64,000 nucleotides of DNA from Candidatus Latescibacterota bacterium (GTDB taxonomy: Bacteria > Latescibacterota > UBA2968 > UBA8231), in assembly GCA_965242865.1 (NCBI GenBank), contig CBDETK010000013.1, positions 2,208,001-2,272,000 of the forward strand, written 5' to 3'. Position numbers and translations under genes: made by a program. The notes under the pieces are model-generated. The model saw nothing but the letters and a program-made list of their open reading frames with translations, searched no databases and was not told the DNA's origin. Positions 16,923 to 26,810 of the stretch are shown piece by piece; the stretch's first letter is position 1, and every line of letters starts with the position of its first letter.

Positions 16923-17801
16923 ATGTATCGGATTGCGACTCTCGGCGTTTTGCTGCTGGCCCTGCCGGCCCTCGCCCACTACCCCGAAGACACCACCTTC
17001 AAGGTCTTCCAATTTCCCGACGACCGCGTCCCGCAGATGGACGGCAATGCGGCCGACTGGGCCAACGTGCCCGCCGAGTACTTCTACGACTATACCCAAT
17101 ACGCGGAACTGCACCGCGAGCGCGGCGCGCCCGACACCACGGATTTTTACGTGCGCCGCTCGGCCGTCGGCTGGAACAAAACCCACAACCGCCTGTACTT
17201 CATGGCCGAGGTGTATGACGACATCTGGCGGTTCCACAAGGACCGCACCGACTCGCTCGACACCCCCCATAGCCGCCTGACCGGAGCCCACGTCCACGGC
17301 GCAGATATATGGGAGATCGTCATTGACGCCGATCACGGCGGCGATAAGGTCATCCACTTCGCGGACTCAGCAGAAGCGCCCCACGTGGAATTGCGCCACC
17401 GCAGCGCGTACACGCAAAACTACCACCTCTACATCCCGCCGCTCAACGACCACTACTGGCACTGGCTGTGGGGCAAGGCCCTGTGGACCAAGGAGGAACG
17501 CTATTCAGCGGTGGGATGGCAGGGCGCGGTCGAGCACTTGTCCGGGGGGACCGTGATCTACGAATGCTATCTAACGCCCTTTGACGACCTGCACCCGGAA
17601 GGACCGCACCTGAGCCGCCGCCACGCGCTGCAAGAAGGCGCGATCATCGGCCTCGGCTGGGCCTTTCTCGACGCGGACAGCAAAGAAGACGACTTCGATG
17701 GCTTTTGGGCGCTGACGCAACACCCGAAAATGTATTGCAGCGGAGAATTTATCGGCGACTTTGAGTTGATGCCGCTCGAGGAAGGGGTGTTTGGAGAATA
17801 A
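16923..17801 (+). CDS. Secreted protein, CBM9/DOMON-like family (paralog of 26811-27779)
   Basis: AAGGAG RBS; signal peptide ending ALA-H; FQFP..P.MDG...DW, GWN...RLY and IDADH.G motifs shared with the paralog. Confidence 0.6.
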   Translation: MYRIATLGVLLLALPALAHYPEDTTFKVFQFPDDRVPQMDGNAADWANVPAEYFYDYTQYAELHRERGAPDTTDFYVRRSAVGWNKTHNRLYFMAEVYDDIWRFHKDRTDSLDTPHSRLTGAHVHGADIWEIVIDADHGGDKVIHFADSAEAPHVELRHRSAYTQNYHLYIPPLNDHYWHWLWGKALWTKEERYSAVGWQGAVEHLSGGTVIYECYLTPFDDLHPEGPHLSRRHALQEGAIIGLGWAFLDADSKEDDFDGFWALTQHPKMYCSGEFIGDFELMPLEEGVFGE

Positions 17802-17924
17802 GGGCTCTTACTACACGACACCTGCCTCCCGCCGGCCAAGGATCGAGGGCGGATGCAGCGGGAACAGCAGAAGAGGCGTCCGCAAAGTAAGGGCGGCGTA
17901 CTGAGCTATAATTTTCGCCCGCGC

Positions 17925-20504
17925 TCAGTACGCCACCGCGACCGTCCTGAGAACATAAGCGTCTTTGACCTGCGCTCCCTCGATGTCGGTATCCACGCTC
18001 AGTTGCACCACATACAGCCCCGGCGGCACCATGCGCCCGCTGGCGTCGCGGCCATCCCACTCGATCGCATAGGGGCCGGTGCTAAAGGGGCGCGCTTGCG
18101 CCAGACGCCGCAGTAGGCGGCCTCCCAAATCGTAGATCGCCGCGGCCACCGGGCTATCGTCGCCGACCCGCACGACGTTGAAGGCAAAGACCGTGCGGTC
18201 GTTGACCCCATCGCCGTTGGGCGAAAAGGCCGCCGGCCGCACGGCCACATCCATGAGCAGGGCGTTTTGCTCGACCGCGGCGACAATCGTCGTGGTGTTG
18301 CCGACGACCTGCGGTAGGGCCTCCCCGGGATCGATCCGCTGCCAAGCACCGCTGTCTGCGCCGCTATCGCTGTTGCGCAGGGCGGCCTGCAACACCGCGC
18401 CGGTGACGAAAAGGGCCGTCTCAAAATCCAGCCTCAGCACTTCGGTCGAGCCATTGGGCTGTATCGCGTCAAAGCGCACGTGCAGGGAGTCGCGGCCCGT
18501 AGGCAGGACTTCGACCCCGGGCAGCGCGTCCGGGCCGGTCTCGCCGTTGAAATCCGCCGCTCGACCGCCGTACAGGCCCGCCATATTTAGCTCCATGTTC
18601 GACGGCGCGAACAACAACAACTCGTCAAACCCCGAATCGCTGCGGTCAAACTCCGGCCGCACGTACAGGGAAAACGGCCGTTGAACCCCGAGTTCTTCGA
18701 CCTCAGACGGGCCGATCTCGCCCAACAGCCGCTGGGCCACGGGATTGGCAAAGTTGAGATGGACCGAGCGCAGCGTGGGGCTGACGGCCGGGTCTTCCGA
18801 CAGCAAGGTCGCCTGCACGGTCAGGAACTCCCGCGGCGACGGCGAGGAAATCGGGCTGCCCGCTAAGTTCTCGTAGGGCGCGCTCCAATTGCCCCAATCG
18901 CTGCCGGGCACTTGCTCGGCGACGATGTCGCCCCGGAACAGGGACAGCAGCTTGTTGTACTCGCTCTCGGTCACTTCGGTGCCGTCTTTTTTGAAATAGT
19001 GCAGGATCTCGCCCAATTCACTGCCCGTGCGCGTCTGAACCAACACTTGGGTCCCGGGGGGAGTGTCCGCATCCCACTCAATCGACAGCAAGTTGCGGCT
19101 GCCGCCCAAGCGAATTAGGTCGGACCGCAGCGAAACCTCCGGTTGGAAGCCAGCGCCGTAGAATTGCAGCTCGGCTATATCGGCGGTGCGGGCGCCAATG
19201 GCGTTTAAGGTCCACTGAAAGCGACCAAACCGCGCCTTGATCGGCTCGAACTCCTCGCCTTCAAACCGCGAGGTGGGGCGCGCCCCTAGCGACGCCTTAG
19301 TGGTCCACTGGAGGCTGCCGTCCGGCGCGAGGGTGCCGTCGGAAAAATCCATTCGGTAGCTGGGGAACAAGCCGCCGTTGTAAATCAGGCGGAAGGTATC
19401 GACCCAATAAAAGGAACCCAAGTCGAAAACCAGCTCCAGCTCGGGATCCGCCACGGCCGAGGAGACTCCGTAAAAGATGCGATTGAAGGTCGCCAAGTCG
19501 CCATCGACGAACTTGGTCAGGGCCAGCGGCTGCTTGGCATTGGTGGAGATGACGCCGCCGCGCGCGAGGATGCCGGCCGTGAGCTCATCCCCTTCGTTCC
19601 ACACCTCCAACTCGGCCAAGCGGGGCAATTCGCGGCGAAAGTAGCGGACGCTGCCCCGGCGATCCGCGTCCAAGATGTCGTACAGGTCTTGGTCAACGGG
19701 CACTTCGCGGCCATCGGGCTGGCGCTTGAAGTACTGGATCGCCCCGCGCATCTCTTCGCTGAGAGCGTCGTATTCGTCGGCCGAGACTTCTGTGCCGAGC
19801 ATCCCGTCAGTATCCGTGACTAAAATTTGCACAAAGCGCACGGCCGCAGCTTGGACGTTGGGCTGTTCGTTGGTCAGATCGACCGTAAAGACCCGCTGGC
19901 TCTTGTTTTTGCTCAAGGTCCGCAACACGGTCTTAAAGGCCGGGTTTTCGCTGTTTTGCAGGCGCGCCGGCTTGAGGCCATCGGAGATGAGCACCTCAAA
20001 GAGGAGAAAGGGATCGCCCATGCCCTCCTCGACAAAGCGCACCACCAGTTCCTTGGCAAAAACCACGCGGCCCAAGTCGATCACAAACCACCACTGGGAA
20101 GCCAAGTCTCGGTCGCCGGCTGGCGGATCGGGTTGCCAATAGGTGGAGAGGTCGCCGTCGAGCAGCTTGACCACATCGGCGACATTGGAGCCGCCCTTGA
20201 CCGCATCGGCGAGGACGATTTCGGCCGGCTCTTTGTCGCCGAGGGACGCCGGCGGGTTAAAGCGCAGGTAATCGACAATGTCGAACACGGCGTTGGTATT
20301 TTTTGCAATGCGCCGAGCGCGCACGGCGCCGTCTGGAGAAATGGTCAAGGTCCCTGGGGCAAATTCCCAGTTTTGCCAATGGTTGCGACCATTGATTACG
20401 ACCTGATTGCCGCTAACTCGGTGGCCGGCCTGCTGGGCATCCACGGCGGCCCCGGCCAATGAGACCGCCAGCCCAATGCAAAAAGCGCGTCCTAAGATAG
20501 TCAT
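17925..20504 (-). CDS. Secreted protein with discoidin-like motifs and C-terminal FlgD-Ig/'FSPNGDGVND' domain
   Basis: Signal peptide; LLDGDLSTYW and WFVIDLG motifs; C-terminal FSPNGDGVND...IYDLGGR...WDGRDASG..VPPGLY...VAVAY. Confidence 0.7.
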   Translation of the reverse strand: MTILGRAFCIGLAVSLAGAAVDAQQAGHRVSGNQVVINGRNHWQNWEFAPGTLTISPDGAVRARRIAKNTNAVFDIVDYLRFNPPASLGDKEPAEIVLADAVKGGSNVADVVKLLDGDLSTYWQPDPPAGDRDLASQWWFVIDLGRVVFAKELVVRFVEEGMGDPFLLFEVLISDGLKPARLQNSENPAFKTVLRTLSKNKSQRVFTVDLTNEQPNVQAAAVRFVQILVTDTDGMLGTEVSADEYDALSEEMRGAIQYFKRQPDGREVPVDQDLYDILDADRRGSVRYFRRELPRLAELEVWNEGDELTAGILARGGVISTNAKQPLALTKFVDGDLATFNRIFYGVSSAVADPELELVFDLGSFYWVDTFRLIYNGGLFPSYRMDFSDGTLAPDGSLQWTTKASLGARPTSRFEGEEFEPIKARFGRFQWTLNAIGARTADIAELQFYGAGFQPEVSLRSDLIRLGGSRNLLSIEWDADTPPGTQVLVQTRTGSELGEILHYFKKDGTEVTESEYNKLLSLFRGDIVAEQVPGSDWGNWSAPYENLAGSPISSPSPREFLTVQATLLSEDPAVSPTLRSVHLNFANPVAQRLLGEIGPSEVEELGVQRPFSLYVRPEFDRSDSGFDELLLFAPSNMELNMAGLYGGRAADFNGETGPDALPGVEVLPTGRDSLHVRFDAIQPNGSTEVLRLDFETALFVTGAVLQAALRNSDSGADSGAWQRIDPGEALPQVVGNTTTIVAAVEQNALLMDVAVRPAAFSPNGDGVNDRTVFAFNVVRVGDDSPVAAAIYDLGGRLLRRLAQARPFSTGPYAIEWDGRDASGRMVPPGLYVVQLSVDTDIEGAQVKDAYVLRTVAVAY

Positions 20505-20528
20505 AGCATTTCGTTTCCCGTTGTTCTT

Positions 20529-20739
20529 AGAGGCGGTCTGAAAATCCCCCTTGGGTCGTGTTGAACAAGCCGTAACCGTAGGGGGCCGGCCCCCGTGCCG
20601 GCCCCCGTGCCGGCCCCCGTCATTCCCGTGCCAGCCCCCGTCATTCCCGTGCCAGCCCCCGTCATTCCCGTGAAAACGGGAATCCAGCCGGGACCGTTTG
20701 GACGCAAGGAACGACCACCAGAGTTTGCAGACCGCTTCT
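20529..20739. mobile_element. MITE-like element (family B, inverted relative to 16649) with internal REP expansion
   Basis: TIRs AGAGGCGGTCTGAAAA / TTTGCAGACCGCTTCT; carries reverse complements of CTCTGGTGGTCGT and ACGGCTTGTTCAACAC from the 16649 copy; 12- and 21-bp tandem units. Confidence 0.75.
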
Positions 20740-20740
20740 A

Positions 20741-20845
20741 AGAGCGTTCTTAAAGTTAGGGTTTCAGTTTCTGATTCGGCTTGGTCCTTTTCTGGATTCC
20801 CGCCCCGTGTCGGAGCACGGGGTGACGTTCTTTCGCGGGAATGAC
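20741..20845. mobile_element. Partial MITE-like element (family A, inverted) with a nested hairpin
   Basis: Matches the reverse complement of 11956-12034; extra CCCCGTGTCGGAGCACGGGGTGAC inserted in the REP loop. Confidence 0.7.
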
Positions 20846-20925
20846 CAGAGTCGTCAAGGGCGGGTCGCTGGGGTCGCGTAGTAAGCGTTCAGGGTACGGA
20901 AATTGTGCATCGTCCGCCATTCTTT

Positions 20926-22851
20926 TCAATATACTAGGGCGGCCACGGCCTGCCGCTGAGTGGTTCCCTGATCGGTCTCGACGCGCAAGCCGACCACGTA
21001 CAACCCCGGCGGCACCAACGCGCCCTGCTCGTCCCGACCATCCCACACCCCCACATACCGACCGCGACCCAACCAAGACGACGCTACCACCCCCACCTGA
21101 CGACCCGACACGTCATACACCCAACAGGCCACCGACGACACCTCCGAAACGTTCAGCACATCGCAGCCGATTTCCACCGCATCGTTGACCCCGTCGCCGT
21201 TGGGACTAAACACTCCCGGCACCACCGACAATGCTCCCAATGGACCCGTGCCTAACCCCGTCAAATCCACCCGCAGCCGCTCGCTTGAAGGCGTCCCATC
21301 GGCATCGCCGACCGCCAACGCCTGCGGCACCTCGTGAGGATGGGCGCTGTTGAAGATGCGCCCGCTGAACACCGTGCCAAACTGGAACACCGACGCATGG
21401 AAATCCACTTCGAGGACCTCGTCGGTGCGCTGGGCATCCATCGGGGGCACGGCCAGCACCACGCCCGTGTCATCGCGCTGGAGGACCTCAAAGGGCACCG
21501 GCTGCCCGGACAGGCGCACCGCATCCACCTGCTGCACCCGCGCCGGCGTGTCGATAGCCAACCGATCAAAGCCCAAGTCGCCGCTGGCCATGGACGCCTT
21601 GACCTTATAAGTGAACGCGGCCACCGCGCCCGGCGCTACAGCCGAGGGCACGATCTCGGCGATGGCTTGGTGTGCCACCGGCGGGATCGACACGGCCAGC
21701 ATCAGCCAGTCGAGCCGCCCGCTGGCGCGCTGCTCGGAGGTGAAGTCCGCACGCACCTGCACGAACTGGCGCGGACCCGCCCCGGCGATGGCTCCCTCGC
21801 TGGCAGTAAACTCTTCGGCCGTGTTCCAGAACGCCCAATTCTCCGTGTCGTGGGTGATGCCGGCCTGCGCTCCTCGCGCCAGCTTGTTGTAGGACGCCAA
21901 GGTCAAGGGACGCCCCCGCTCGTCAAAGCGGGTGCGCTCGCCGCCGCGAAAGGTGTAGCGCCAGTACGTGTTGGGATCGGCGTCGTGGCCGCTGCGCGTG
22001 CTCAACGCGAGGAGGGCGCCGTCGTCCTGCTGGCCTGCCCACGTCAAGCGGCCGAGGCTGGCGGGCGCACCCAAGTCGATCACATTCGACACATAGCGGG
22101 CAAACGGCGCAAAGCCGCGCCCGTAAATCTCCAACTCCGCGATCTCCCAAATGTTGCGCGTGTTCTCCTTGGCGTAAAACAAAACGTAGCGGATGGGCTG
22201 CTGCGGGAATTTCAGGTCGATGACGGGCTGGGTATTTTCCACCACGTCATGCACGATGTCAAAATCAAAATAAAATCCCGCGGCCCCCAAATTCACTTCC
22301 CGCGTCCCATCCTTGAGGGGATTGCCGTCGTTGATGCCGATTCTGAACTGCTGCACAAAGCGATCGGTGCGGTGCTGGTCGCGGGGAAAAAAGCGGATGC
22401 GGTCGAGGAGCAGCGGCGCGCCCAAGTCAAACGTCAGGGCCTTGATATAGGGCCAATGCGCGGCAAAACGGCCGTCGCCGAGAAAGGCGGTCTTTAAGTC
22501 GCCGTCAAACATCAACGCATCGGTCGCCGTGTGGGACAGCCAGCCATTCCAAGCGAACCGGAGCACTTCGCCCCCGCGGGCCTCAATCAGCGGGGTCAGG
22601 TTGGTGTCCGGGCTGAACGACTGCGGGCGCATCGAATCTGGGCCGAGCTGCATTAGGGTTGCACGACCGTGTTGGGCCGCGTCAATTTCGCTCCAGCCGA
22701 TTTGCACGAATTCGTAGGGAATGTCCAGTGCTGGCCGCGGCAGGCTCTCCCCGCCGAGCCGATAGATCGTCAGCCCGCTCGCCGGCGGCACGTGGAGTAG
22801 GGACGCGGCGAAAACCAGCGAGCCGGCCCAGTGTTTTGTCGGACAAAACAA
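20926..22851 (-). CDS. Secreted 'LTIYR.GG' family protein with C-terminal FlgD-Ig/'FSPNGDG' domain
   Basis: Probable TTG start at 22851, just after the upstream stop; paralogous to neighbours; ends AALVY. Confidence 0.7.
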   Translation of the reverse strand: MFCPTKHWAGSLVFAASLLHVPPASGLTIYRLGGESLPRPALDIPYEFVQIGWSEIDAAQHGRATLMQLGPDSMRPQSFSPDTNLTPLIEARGGEVLRFAWNGWLSHTATDALMFDGDLKTAFLGDGRFAAHWPYIKALTFDLGAPLLLDRIRFFPRDQHRTDRFVQQFRIGINDGNPLKDGTREVNLGAAGFYFDFDIVHDVVENTQPVIDLKFPQQPIRYVLFYAKENTRNIWEIAELEIYGRGFAPFARYVSNVIDLGAPASLGRLTWAGQQDDGALLALSTRSGHDADPNTYWRYTFRGGERTRFDERGRPLTLASYNKLARGAQAGITHDTENWAFWNTAEEFTASEGAIAGAGPRQFVQVRADFTSEQRASGRLDWLMLAVSIPPVAHQAIAEIVPSAVAPGAVAAFTYKVKASMASGDLGFDRLAIDTPARVQQVDAVRLSGQPVPFEVLQRDDTGVVLAVPPMDAQRTDEVLEVDFHASVFQFGTVFSGRIFNSAHPHEVPQALAVGDADGTPSSERLRVDLTGLGTGPLGALSVVPGVFSPNGDGVNDAVEIGCDVLNVSEVSSVACWVYDVSGRQVGVVASSWLGRGRYVGVWDGRDEQGALVPPGLYVVGLRVETDQGTTQRQAVAALVY

Positions 22852-22861
22852 TGTAGCGCGC

Positions 22862-24763
22862 TTAGTACGCGAGCGAGATGACGGCTTGCCGCGAGGCTGG
22901 CCCCTTGTCGGTCTCGACGCGCACGCGCAGAATGTACAACCCCGGCGGCACCAGCTCGCCGCGCTCATCCCGCCCGTCCCACTCTCCTGCGTACCGGCCG
23001 CTGGACGTCCAATCCGACCCCACCACGCTCAATAACCGGCCCGACAAATCGTACACCGCGGACTCCACCTGCACCGGCCCCACCAAGTTTAGCACGTTGC
23101 ACTCAATGCGCACCGCGTCGTTGATGCCGTCGCCGTTGGGGCTGAACGCCGATGGCCGCAGCACTAAGTCGCCGATGGTCTGCGCCCCCAAGCGGGTCAA
23201 CCCCACGCTCAACCCGTTGCTCTCGGAGCGCACATCTATATCCCCAGCCTCTAGGCTTTGCGGCACTTCTTGCGGCTGCTCGCTGTTGGAAATCCGGCCG
23301 GAAAACACCGTGCCGAACTTAAAGATCGCGGCCTGAAAATCCACCTCGATGAGCTCCTCGGTGCGCTGTGCGTCGATCTTCGGCAACTGCATTGCAAAGC
23401 CGGTCTCGTCTAGCCGCACCACTTCAAAGGCCACGGGCTCGCCCGAAATTCGCACCGCATCCACGCTCTGGGCTTGGACCGGCGTGTCAATGTCGAGCCG
23501 GTCAAAGCCCAAATCGCCGCTGGCCAAGGCCGCCCGCAGCTTGTAGGTGAAGGCCGTAACCTCCCCCGGCGGCACGGCCGCGGGCGTTATTTCGGCGATG
23601 GCTTGTTGCGCCACCGGCGGGATCGACACGGCAAACTGCACCCAATCCAACTGCCCACTGGTCTCTCGGCTCGAGGAGAAGTCCGCACGCACCTGCACGT
23701 AGCGTTGGGGGCCATCCCCGATCAACGCCCCCTGCCCGGCTGCGAAGTCGTACCCCCCCCAAAACGCCCAATTCTCGGTGTCGTGGGTGATGCCGGCCTG
23801 CTCGCCGCGGGCCAGCTTATTGTACGATGCCAGCGTCAGCGGGCGGCCTTGGGCGTCAAAGCGGGTGCGCTCGCCGCCGCGAAAGGTGGTGCGCCAATAG
23901 ATATTCGGGTCCGCGTCCAGCCCGCTGCGCATGCTTAGGGCCACGTTGGCCTCCTCGCTCTCGCGTCCGGCCCACGTCAGCTCTCCCAAGCTGGCCAAGG
24001 CTCCTAAGTCGATCACATTGGACACGTAGCCGGCAAACGGGGCAAAGCCATTGCCGTAGATTTCCAACTCGGCGATCTCCCAGATACCGCGCGTGTTTTC
24101 CGCGGCCGAGAAGAGCAAGCGCCGCACGGGTTCGGCTGGCAGGGGCAAGTCGATGACGGCTTCGGTGTTTTCGGTTATGTCGTAGATGATGTCGAAGTCC
24201 AACTCGCTGTTTCGCCGCCCAATGAGGAACTCGCGGGAGCCGTCCTTGAGGGGATCGCCGTCGTTGATGCCGATCTTGAAGGTCTCTACAAAGCGGTCCG
24301 TCAGGTGTTTGGTGCGCGGGAAAAAGCGAATCCGCTCCAACAGGAGGGGCGCGCCAAAATCAAAGGCGAGGTACTTCTCCGGCGGCCCGTGCGAGGCAAA
24401 GTGCCCGTCGCCGAGGTAAATGGTGCTCGGGTCTTGGTCGAACATGAAGAGATCGTCGGCCTGCGGCGGCCCCCAGCCAATCCACACCAAGTTCAGCACT
24501 TGGCCGCCTTGCTCTTCGATGATCGGCACTAAATTGACCGACGAATCAAACCGTTGGGGGCGCGTAAAATCGGGATCAAACTCCAGCAACTCCGCGCGGC
24601 CGTGCTGCGCCGCGTCGAGATCGCTCCAACTGATTTGCACGAATTCGTCCGCTCGCTCTGGGGGCGGCAGGCTCTCGCCGCCGATTCGATAGATCGTCAG
24701 CCCAAGCGCCGGACCGACCGCGCCGCTCCACAGGACCGCCCATAGACACGCGATCAAACGCAT
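22862..24763 (-). CDS. Secreted 'LTIYR.GG' family protein with C-terminal FlgD-Ig/'FSPNGDG' domain
   Basis: AAGGAG RBS before ATG 24763; signal peptide MRLIACLW...ALG; ends ISLAY. Confidence 0.75.
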   Translation of the reverse strand: MRLIACLWAVLWSGAVGPALGLTIYRIGGESLPPPERADEFVQISWSDLDAAQHGRAELLEFDPDFTRPQRFDSSVNLVPIIEEQGGQVLNLVWIGWGPPQADDLFMFDQDPSTIYLGDGHFASHGPPEKYLAFDFGAPLLLERIRFFPRTKHLTDRFVETFKIGINDGDPLKDGSREFLIGRRNSELDFDIIYDITENTEAVIDLPLPAEPVRRLLFSAAENTRGIWEIAELEIYGNGFAPFAGYVSNVIDLGALASLGELTWAGRESEEANVALSMRSGLDADPNIYWRTTFRGGERTRFDAQGRPLTLASYNKLARGEQAGITHDTENWAFWGGYDFAAGQGALIGDGPQRYVQVRADFSSSRETSGQLDWVQFAVSIPPVAQQAIAEITPAAVPPGEVTAFTYKLRAALASGDLGFDRLDIDTPVQAQSVDAVRISGEPVAFEVVRLDETGFAMQLPKIDAQRTEELIEVDFQAAIFKFGTVFSGRISNSEQPQEVPQSLEAGDIDVRSESNGLSVGLTRLGAQTIGDLVLRPSAFSPNGDGINDAVRIECNVLNLVGPVQVESAVYDLSGRLLSVVGSDWTSSGRYAGEWDGRDERGELVPPGLYILRVRVETDKGPASRQAVISLAY

Positions 24764-24774
24764 ACTCGGCTCCT

Positions 24775-26700
24775 TCAATATACTAGGGCGGCCACGGCCT
24801 GCCGCTGAGTGGTTCCCTGATCGGTCTCGACGCGCAAGCCGACCACGTACAACCCCGGCGGCACCAACGCGCCCTGCTCGTCCCGACCATCCCACACCCC
24901 CACGTACCGACCGCGCCCCAACCAAGACGACGCTACCGCCCCCACCCGACGACCCGACACGTCATACACCCAACAGGCCACCGACGACACCTCCGAAACA
25001 TTTAGCACGTCGCAGCCGATCTCCACCGCATCGTTGACCCCGTCGCCGTTGGGACTAAACACTCCCGGCACCACCGACAATGCTCCCAATGGACCCGTGC
25101 CCAACCCCGTCAAATCCACCCTAAGCCGCTCGCTCGAAGGCGTCCCATCGGCATCGCCGACCGCCAACGCCTGCGGCACCTCGTGAGGGTGTGCGCTGTT
25201 GAAGATGCGCCCGCTAAACACCGTGCCAAACTGGAACACCGACGCATGAAAATCCACTTCGAGGACCTCGTCGGTGCGCTGGGCGTCCATCGGGGGCACG
25301 GCCAGCACCACGCCGGCCGCGTCGCGCTGGAGGACCTCAAAGGGCACGGGCTGCCCGGACAGGCGCACCGCATCCACCTGCTGCACCCGCGCCGGCGTGT
25401 CAATGGCCAGCCGGTCAAAGCCCAAGTCGCCGCTGGCCATGGACGCCTTAACCTTGTAAGTGAACGCGGCAGCCGCGCCCGGCGCCACGGCCGAGGGCAC
25501 GATCTCGGCGACGGCTTGGTGCGCCACCGGCGGGATCGACACCGCCAGCATCAGCCAATCGAGCCGCCCGCTGGCGCGCTGCTCGGAGGTGAAGTCCGCA
25601 CGCACCTGCACGAACTGGCGCGGACCGGCCCCGGCGATGGCCCCCTCGCTCGCGGCAAACTCCTCGGCCGTGCTCCAGAACGTCCACGCGGCCGTGTCGT
25701 GGGTAATGCCGGCCTGCGCTCCCCGCGCCAGCTTGTTGTAGGACGCCAAGGTCAAGGGACGCCCTCGCTCGTCGAAGCGGGTGCGCTCGCCGCCGCGAAA
25801 GGTGTAGCGCCAGTACGTGTTGGGATCGGCGTCGTGGCCGCTGCGCGTGCTCAACGCGAGGAGGGCGCCGTCGTCCTGCTGACCTGCCCACGTCAAGCGG
25901 CCGAGGCTGGCGGGCGCACCCAAGTCGATCACATTGGACACATAGCGGGCAAACGGCGCAAAGCCCCGCCCGTAAATTTCCAACTCCGCGATCTCCCAAA
26001 TGCCGCGCGTGTTTTCGGGGGCTTCAAATAGCAACTGCTGCACCGGCACGGCTGGCAAGGGCATATCAATGACGGACTCGACGTTCTCAACGACATCGTA
26101 CGAAAGGTCAAAGTCAAAGAAGCTCCCCCGGATGCCCTGCGTAAATTCCCGAGTGCCCTTCTTGAGCGGGTCGCCGTCACTGATGCCGACGATGAAGCGC
26201 TGCACAAAGCGGTCGGCCAAAAATCGCTCGCGGGGGAAGAAGCGAATGCGCTCGAGGAAAAAGCGGCCGCCAAAGTCGAAAATCAGGGATTTTTGGCGGA
26301 TGACGCCGTAATCGCCGCCCCAATCGCCATCGCCCAACAGCGCGGTCGTGGCGTCGCCATCGAACATGGCCAAGTCGTTGCCGCTAGCCGGCCCCCAGCC
26401 GATCCAACTCAGGGACAGCACTTGGCCGCCGCGTTCTTCGAGCATTGGCACCAGATTGACCGTCGGATCCAAGTGCAGCGGCTCGACAAAGCCAGTATCT
26501 ATTGTTACGAGTTCGGCCAAGCCGTGCCTTTTGGGGTCCACCTCGGCCCATGCCAACTGCACAAATTCGTAGGGGACCTCCAAGTCGGGCGGCGGCAGGT
26601 CCGCCCCGCCGAGGCGAATTACGGTCAGGGCGGCAACCCAAGTTGGCCCGCCCCAAAAACACCATCCCAATGCGAGGAGAATTCCAATGCGTCGTGGCAT
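24775..26700 (-). CDS. Secreted 'LTIYR.GG' family protein with C-terminal FlgD-Ig/'FSPNGDG' domain
   Basis: ATG 26700, signal peptide; C-terminal ~410 aa nearly identical to the 20926 gene; ends AALVY. Confidence 0.75.
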   Translation of the reverse strand: MPRRIGILLALGWCFWGGPTWVAALTVIRLGGADLPPPDLEVPYEFVQLAWAEVDPKRHGLAELVTIDTGFVEPLHLDPTVNLVPMLEERGGQVLSLSWIGWGPASGNDLAMFDGDATTALLGDGDWGGDYGVIRQKSLIFDFGGRFFLERIRFFPRERFLADRFVQRFIVGISDGDPLKKGTREFTQGIRGSFFDFDLSYDVVENVESVIDMPLPAVPVQQLLFEAPENTRGIWEIAELEIYGRGFAPFARYVSNVIDLGAPASLGRLTWAGQQDDGALLALSTRSGHDADPNTYWRYTFRGGERTRFDERGRPLTLASYNKLARGAQAGITHDTAAWTFWSTAEEFAASEGAIAGAGPRQFVQVRADFTSEQRASGRLDWLMLAVSIPPVAHQAVAEIVPSAVAPGAAAAFTYKVKASMASGDLGFDRLAIDTPARVQQVDAVRLSGQPVPFEVLQRDAAGVVLAVPPMDAQRTDEVLEVDFHASVFQFGTVFSGRIFNSAHPHEVPQALAVGDADGTPSSERLRVDLTGLGTGPLGALSVVPGVFSPNGDGVNDAVEIGCDVLNVSEVSSVACWVYDVSGRRVGAVASSWLGRGRYVGVWDGRDEQGALVPPGLYVVGLRVETDQGTTQRQAVAALVY

Positions 26701-26740
26701 AACGGCCTTGTGATTGGACTGAGGGGACAAAACGTATAGC

Positions 26741-26779
26741 AAAAAAGGACGGGCAGATCAACGAAGACCTACCCGTCCC
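26741..26779 (-). terminator. Rho-independent terminator
   Basis: Minus strand GGACGGGTAGGTC-loop-GATCTGCCCGTCC followed by a T run, just downstream of the 26811 gene. Confidence 0.7.
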
Positions 26780-26810
26780 AACTACGGATTTGCTGCTTTA
26801 AGCGGGTGGC

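Larger units (their letters stand above)
20926..26002. repeat. ~1.23-kb near-identical direct repeat pair (20926-22153 and 24775-26002)
   Basis: Same 3849-bp offset at both ends (TCAATATACTAGGGC and GATCTCCCAAATG), with only scattered substitutions. Confidence 0.9.

Noticed and set aside
20501-21076. ORFs 20501-20707 (GMTGAGT repeats) and 20756-21076
   Set aside because: Translations of REP/MITE sequence (WIPVFTGMT, VIPAK...AGIQ) and an alternate frame of the neighbouring gene
20926-26002. Diversity-generating retroelement TR/VR pair
   Set aside because: No reverse transcriptase in the window; the repeat is 1.2 kb and the differences inspected are not adenine-specific
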